From Gammaproteobacteria bacterium (lineage in GTDB: Bacteria; Pseudomonadota; Gammaproteobacteria; CAIRSR01), in contig CAUYTY010000210.1 of assembly GCA_963575655.1 (NCBI GenBank), forward strand, positions 1 to 24,000: a stretch of DNA of 24,000 bases. The letters run 5' to 3'. Below, piece after piece: positions 22,498 to 24,000 of the stretch; the first letter of the stretch is position 1, and every line of letters begins with the position of its first letter. A program made the translations under genes and the position numbers. Below the pieces are notes generated by a model that had not been told where the DNA came from, ran no database searches, and saw only the letters and a list, made by a program, of their open reading frames with translations.

Positions 22498-23634
22498 ATG
22501 ACTGACTCGTGCCCCAACACCGCACATGCCCTAGATAACTTAAGCACAGCAGTCTTACTCTTCGACGACCAACTCCGCCTGCGTTATCTGAACCCCGCCG
22601 CCGAGATGTTGCTCGCGATGAGCAAACGTCAGGCCCTCGATCTCCTGCTGGAAGAATTACTACCTCACAATCGTCCATTTTGTGCACGACTGGGGGAGGT
22701 ACTGGAGACTGGCCACCCCTTCACCGAGCGAGAAATGCCCATGCTGTTTTCCGGGGCACGCTCCGCCACCGTGTGCTGTATGGTTACGCCGGTGTTGGAT
22801 GGGAACTCCACTCGGGAGCTGTTGGTAGAACTGATCCGGGTGGATACCCATCTGCGGATCCTGCGTGAAGGGGCGCTGCTCAACCAAAATACCGCCACTC
22901 GTGCATTGGTGCGGGGGCTGGCCCATGAGATCAAGAATCCACTGGGTGGATTACGCGGTGCGGCCCAACTCCTGGAACGGGAACTGTCCGATGAATCCCT
23001 CAAGGAGTACACCCGCATTATCATCGGCGAGGCCGACCGCCTTCAGAATCTGCTCAACCGGATGCTCGGTCCCAATACCCTGCCTCACAAGCGTGCCATC
23101 AACATTCACGAAGTCTTGGAACGAGTCCATACCCTGGTGGAGGCCGAAGTAAACCGCGCCATCCGCATTCATGTGGATTACGACCCCAGTATCCCATTGG
23201 TAATCGCCGACCCCGACCAGCTTATCCAGGCCCTCCTCAACCTGGTGCGTAATGCGGCCCAGGCACTCGAAGAACGCGGCAACATTACCCTGCGTACCCG
23301 CGTCCGACGACAATTTACCATTGCCGGTCGACGCCACCGTCTCGTATTACAAGTGGATATACTGGACGACGGTCCAGGCATTCCCGAAGAACTGATACCA
23401 TATATTTTTCTGCCCATGGTAACGGGACGCGCCGAGGGAGTGGGCCTGGGACTTCCCATCGCTCAATCGCTCATCAACCAGAACGGTGGTTTCATCCAAT
23501 GCACCAGCCAGCCCGGAGATACGATCTTTTCTCTCCTTCTGCCGATCAACCACGGCATTCATGGGACGGTATCGGTAGGCCAGGAAACGATAATGGCGCG
23601 TGAGGTATGCCGTAACGAGGATCAAGATGACTGA
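22498..23634 (+). CDS. glnL: Nitrogen regulation sensor histidine kinase NtrB
   Basis: It has the H-box LVRGLAHEIKNPLGGLRGAAQLL and the motifs ADRL.NL..R.LGP and DYDPS.P....DPDQ. The N/G boxes are colinear with E. coli NtrB. It has a ~28-aa C-terminal extension. Confidence 0.9.
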   Translation: MTDSCPNTAHALDNLSTAVLLFDDQLRLRYLNPAAEMLLAMSKRQALDLLLEELLPHNRPFCARLGEVLETGHPFTEREMPMLFSGARSATVCCMVTPVLDGNSTRELLVELIRVDTHLRILREGALLNQNTATRALVRGLAHEIKNPLGGLRGAAQLLERELSDESLKEYTRIIIGEADRLQNLLNRMLGPNTLPHKRAINIHEVLERVHTLVEAEVNRAIRIHVDYDPSIPLVIADPDQLIQALLNLVRNAAQALEERGNITLRTRVRRQFTIAGRRHRLVLQVDILDDGPGIPEELIPYIFLPMVTGRAEGVGLGLPIAQSLINQNGGFIQCTSQPGDTIFSLLLPINHGIHGTVSVGQETIMAREVCRNEDQDD

Positions 23635-24000
23635 ATCGACACGGGAGCATATTTGGGTCATTGATGATGACCACTCCATCCGTTGGGTCCTAGAGCGTGC
23701 CCTCACCAAGGCCCAAATGGAGGTGACGCTGTTTCCAAATACCCAAGGGGTTTTGGATCGTCTCAAGCAGGGGCGACCCGATGCCCTCCTTACCGATATT
23801 CGTATGCCGGGGATGGATGGCTTGGCATTGTTACGCATTATTAAGGAGAATCATCCAGATCTGCCGGTGATCATCATGACCGCCCACTCTGACCTGGACA
23901 GTGCGGTGTCGGCCTATCAAGGGGGAGCCTTCGAGTATCTGCCCAAACCTTTTGACGTAGACGACGCCGTGGACCAGGTGCGTCGCGCCGTAGCCAGCCA
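23627..24000 (+). CDS. glnG: Nitrogen regulation response regulator NtrC, 3'-partial (runs off the right edge)
   Basis: ATG 23627 overlaps the ntrB end by 8 nt. Hand translation gives MTESTREHIWVIDDDHSIRWVLERAL...DIRMPGMDGLALLRIIKENHPDLPVIIMTAHSDLDSAVSAYQGGAFEYLPKPFDVDDAV, the NtrC receiver domain. It is absent from the ORF track because no stop codon lies in the window. Confidence 0.9.
   Translation, partial: MTESTREHIWVIDDDHSIRWVLERALTKAQMEVTLFPNTQGVLDRLKQGRPDALLTDIRMPGMDGLALLRIIKENHPDLPVIIMTAHSDLDSAVSAYQGGAFEYLPKPFDVDDAVDQVRRAVAS

Noticed and set aside
22181-22527. ORFs upstream of ntrB. One has VDKGFKISEF, faintly reminiscent of a DDE-transposase DKGY motif.
   Set aside because: The resemblance is limited to 4-5 residues. 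The ORFs overlap each other on both strands. The evidence is insufficient to call a transposase remnant.
22660-23838. Multiple antisense or alternative-frame ORFs within ntrB and ntrC
   Set aside because: The region is fully explained by the NtrB and NtrC coding sequences, which have canonical motifs.

Overview
The window looks like gammaproteobacterial chromosome, judged by gene content. Housekeeping blocks are mlaA with a divergent mlaFEDCB operon, type II citrate synthase gltA, ntrB-ntrC, a GlcD-like FAD oxidase and a fused Opp/Dpp-type ABC ATPase. Several accessory insertions interrupt these blocks.

(1) Positions 613-3737 hold a compact candidate peptide-modification (RiPP-like) locus that the >=60-aa ORF track mostly misses. 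It has four head-to-tail paralogous ~180-bp small genes: two intact (59 and 58 aa), one split by a 1-nt frame change in an A6 run, and one decayed. They encode peptides that look like bare Tat signal peptides. Downstream are a GT2 glycosyltransferase fused to a C-terminal PqqD/RRE-like domain and a convergent, overlapping HprK-related kinase.

(2) A family of short MITE-like elements, mostly TA-flanked, has terminal inverted repeats near ACTCAAGTTGCTACCTA. Three copies are clear and one is doubtful. All sit exactly at gene boundaries, and one lies inside the peptide-gene array.

(3) An AT-richer island at about 12990-16534 carries a C-protein-controlled type II restriction-modification system (SPPY beta-class methyltransferase) and an intact IS630-family element with a TA duplication.

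(4) Positions 21892-22060 are a 169-bp, near-perfect, TA-flanked palindromic element.

(5) Also present are a TPR/GT9 protein with homogenised 102-bp repeats, an orphan STAS-MlaE permease, an IS30 transposase fragment and a low-GC secreted EEP-family gene. No rRNA, tRNA or CRISPR array was seen.

All family assignments come from motif recognition by eye. No searches were run.
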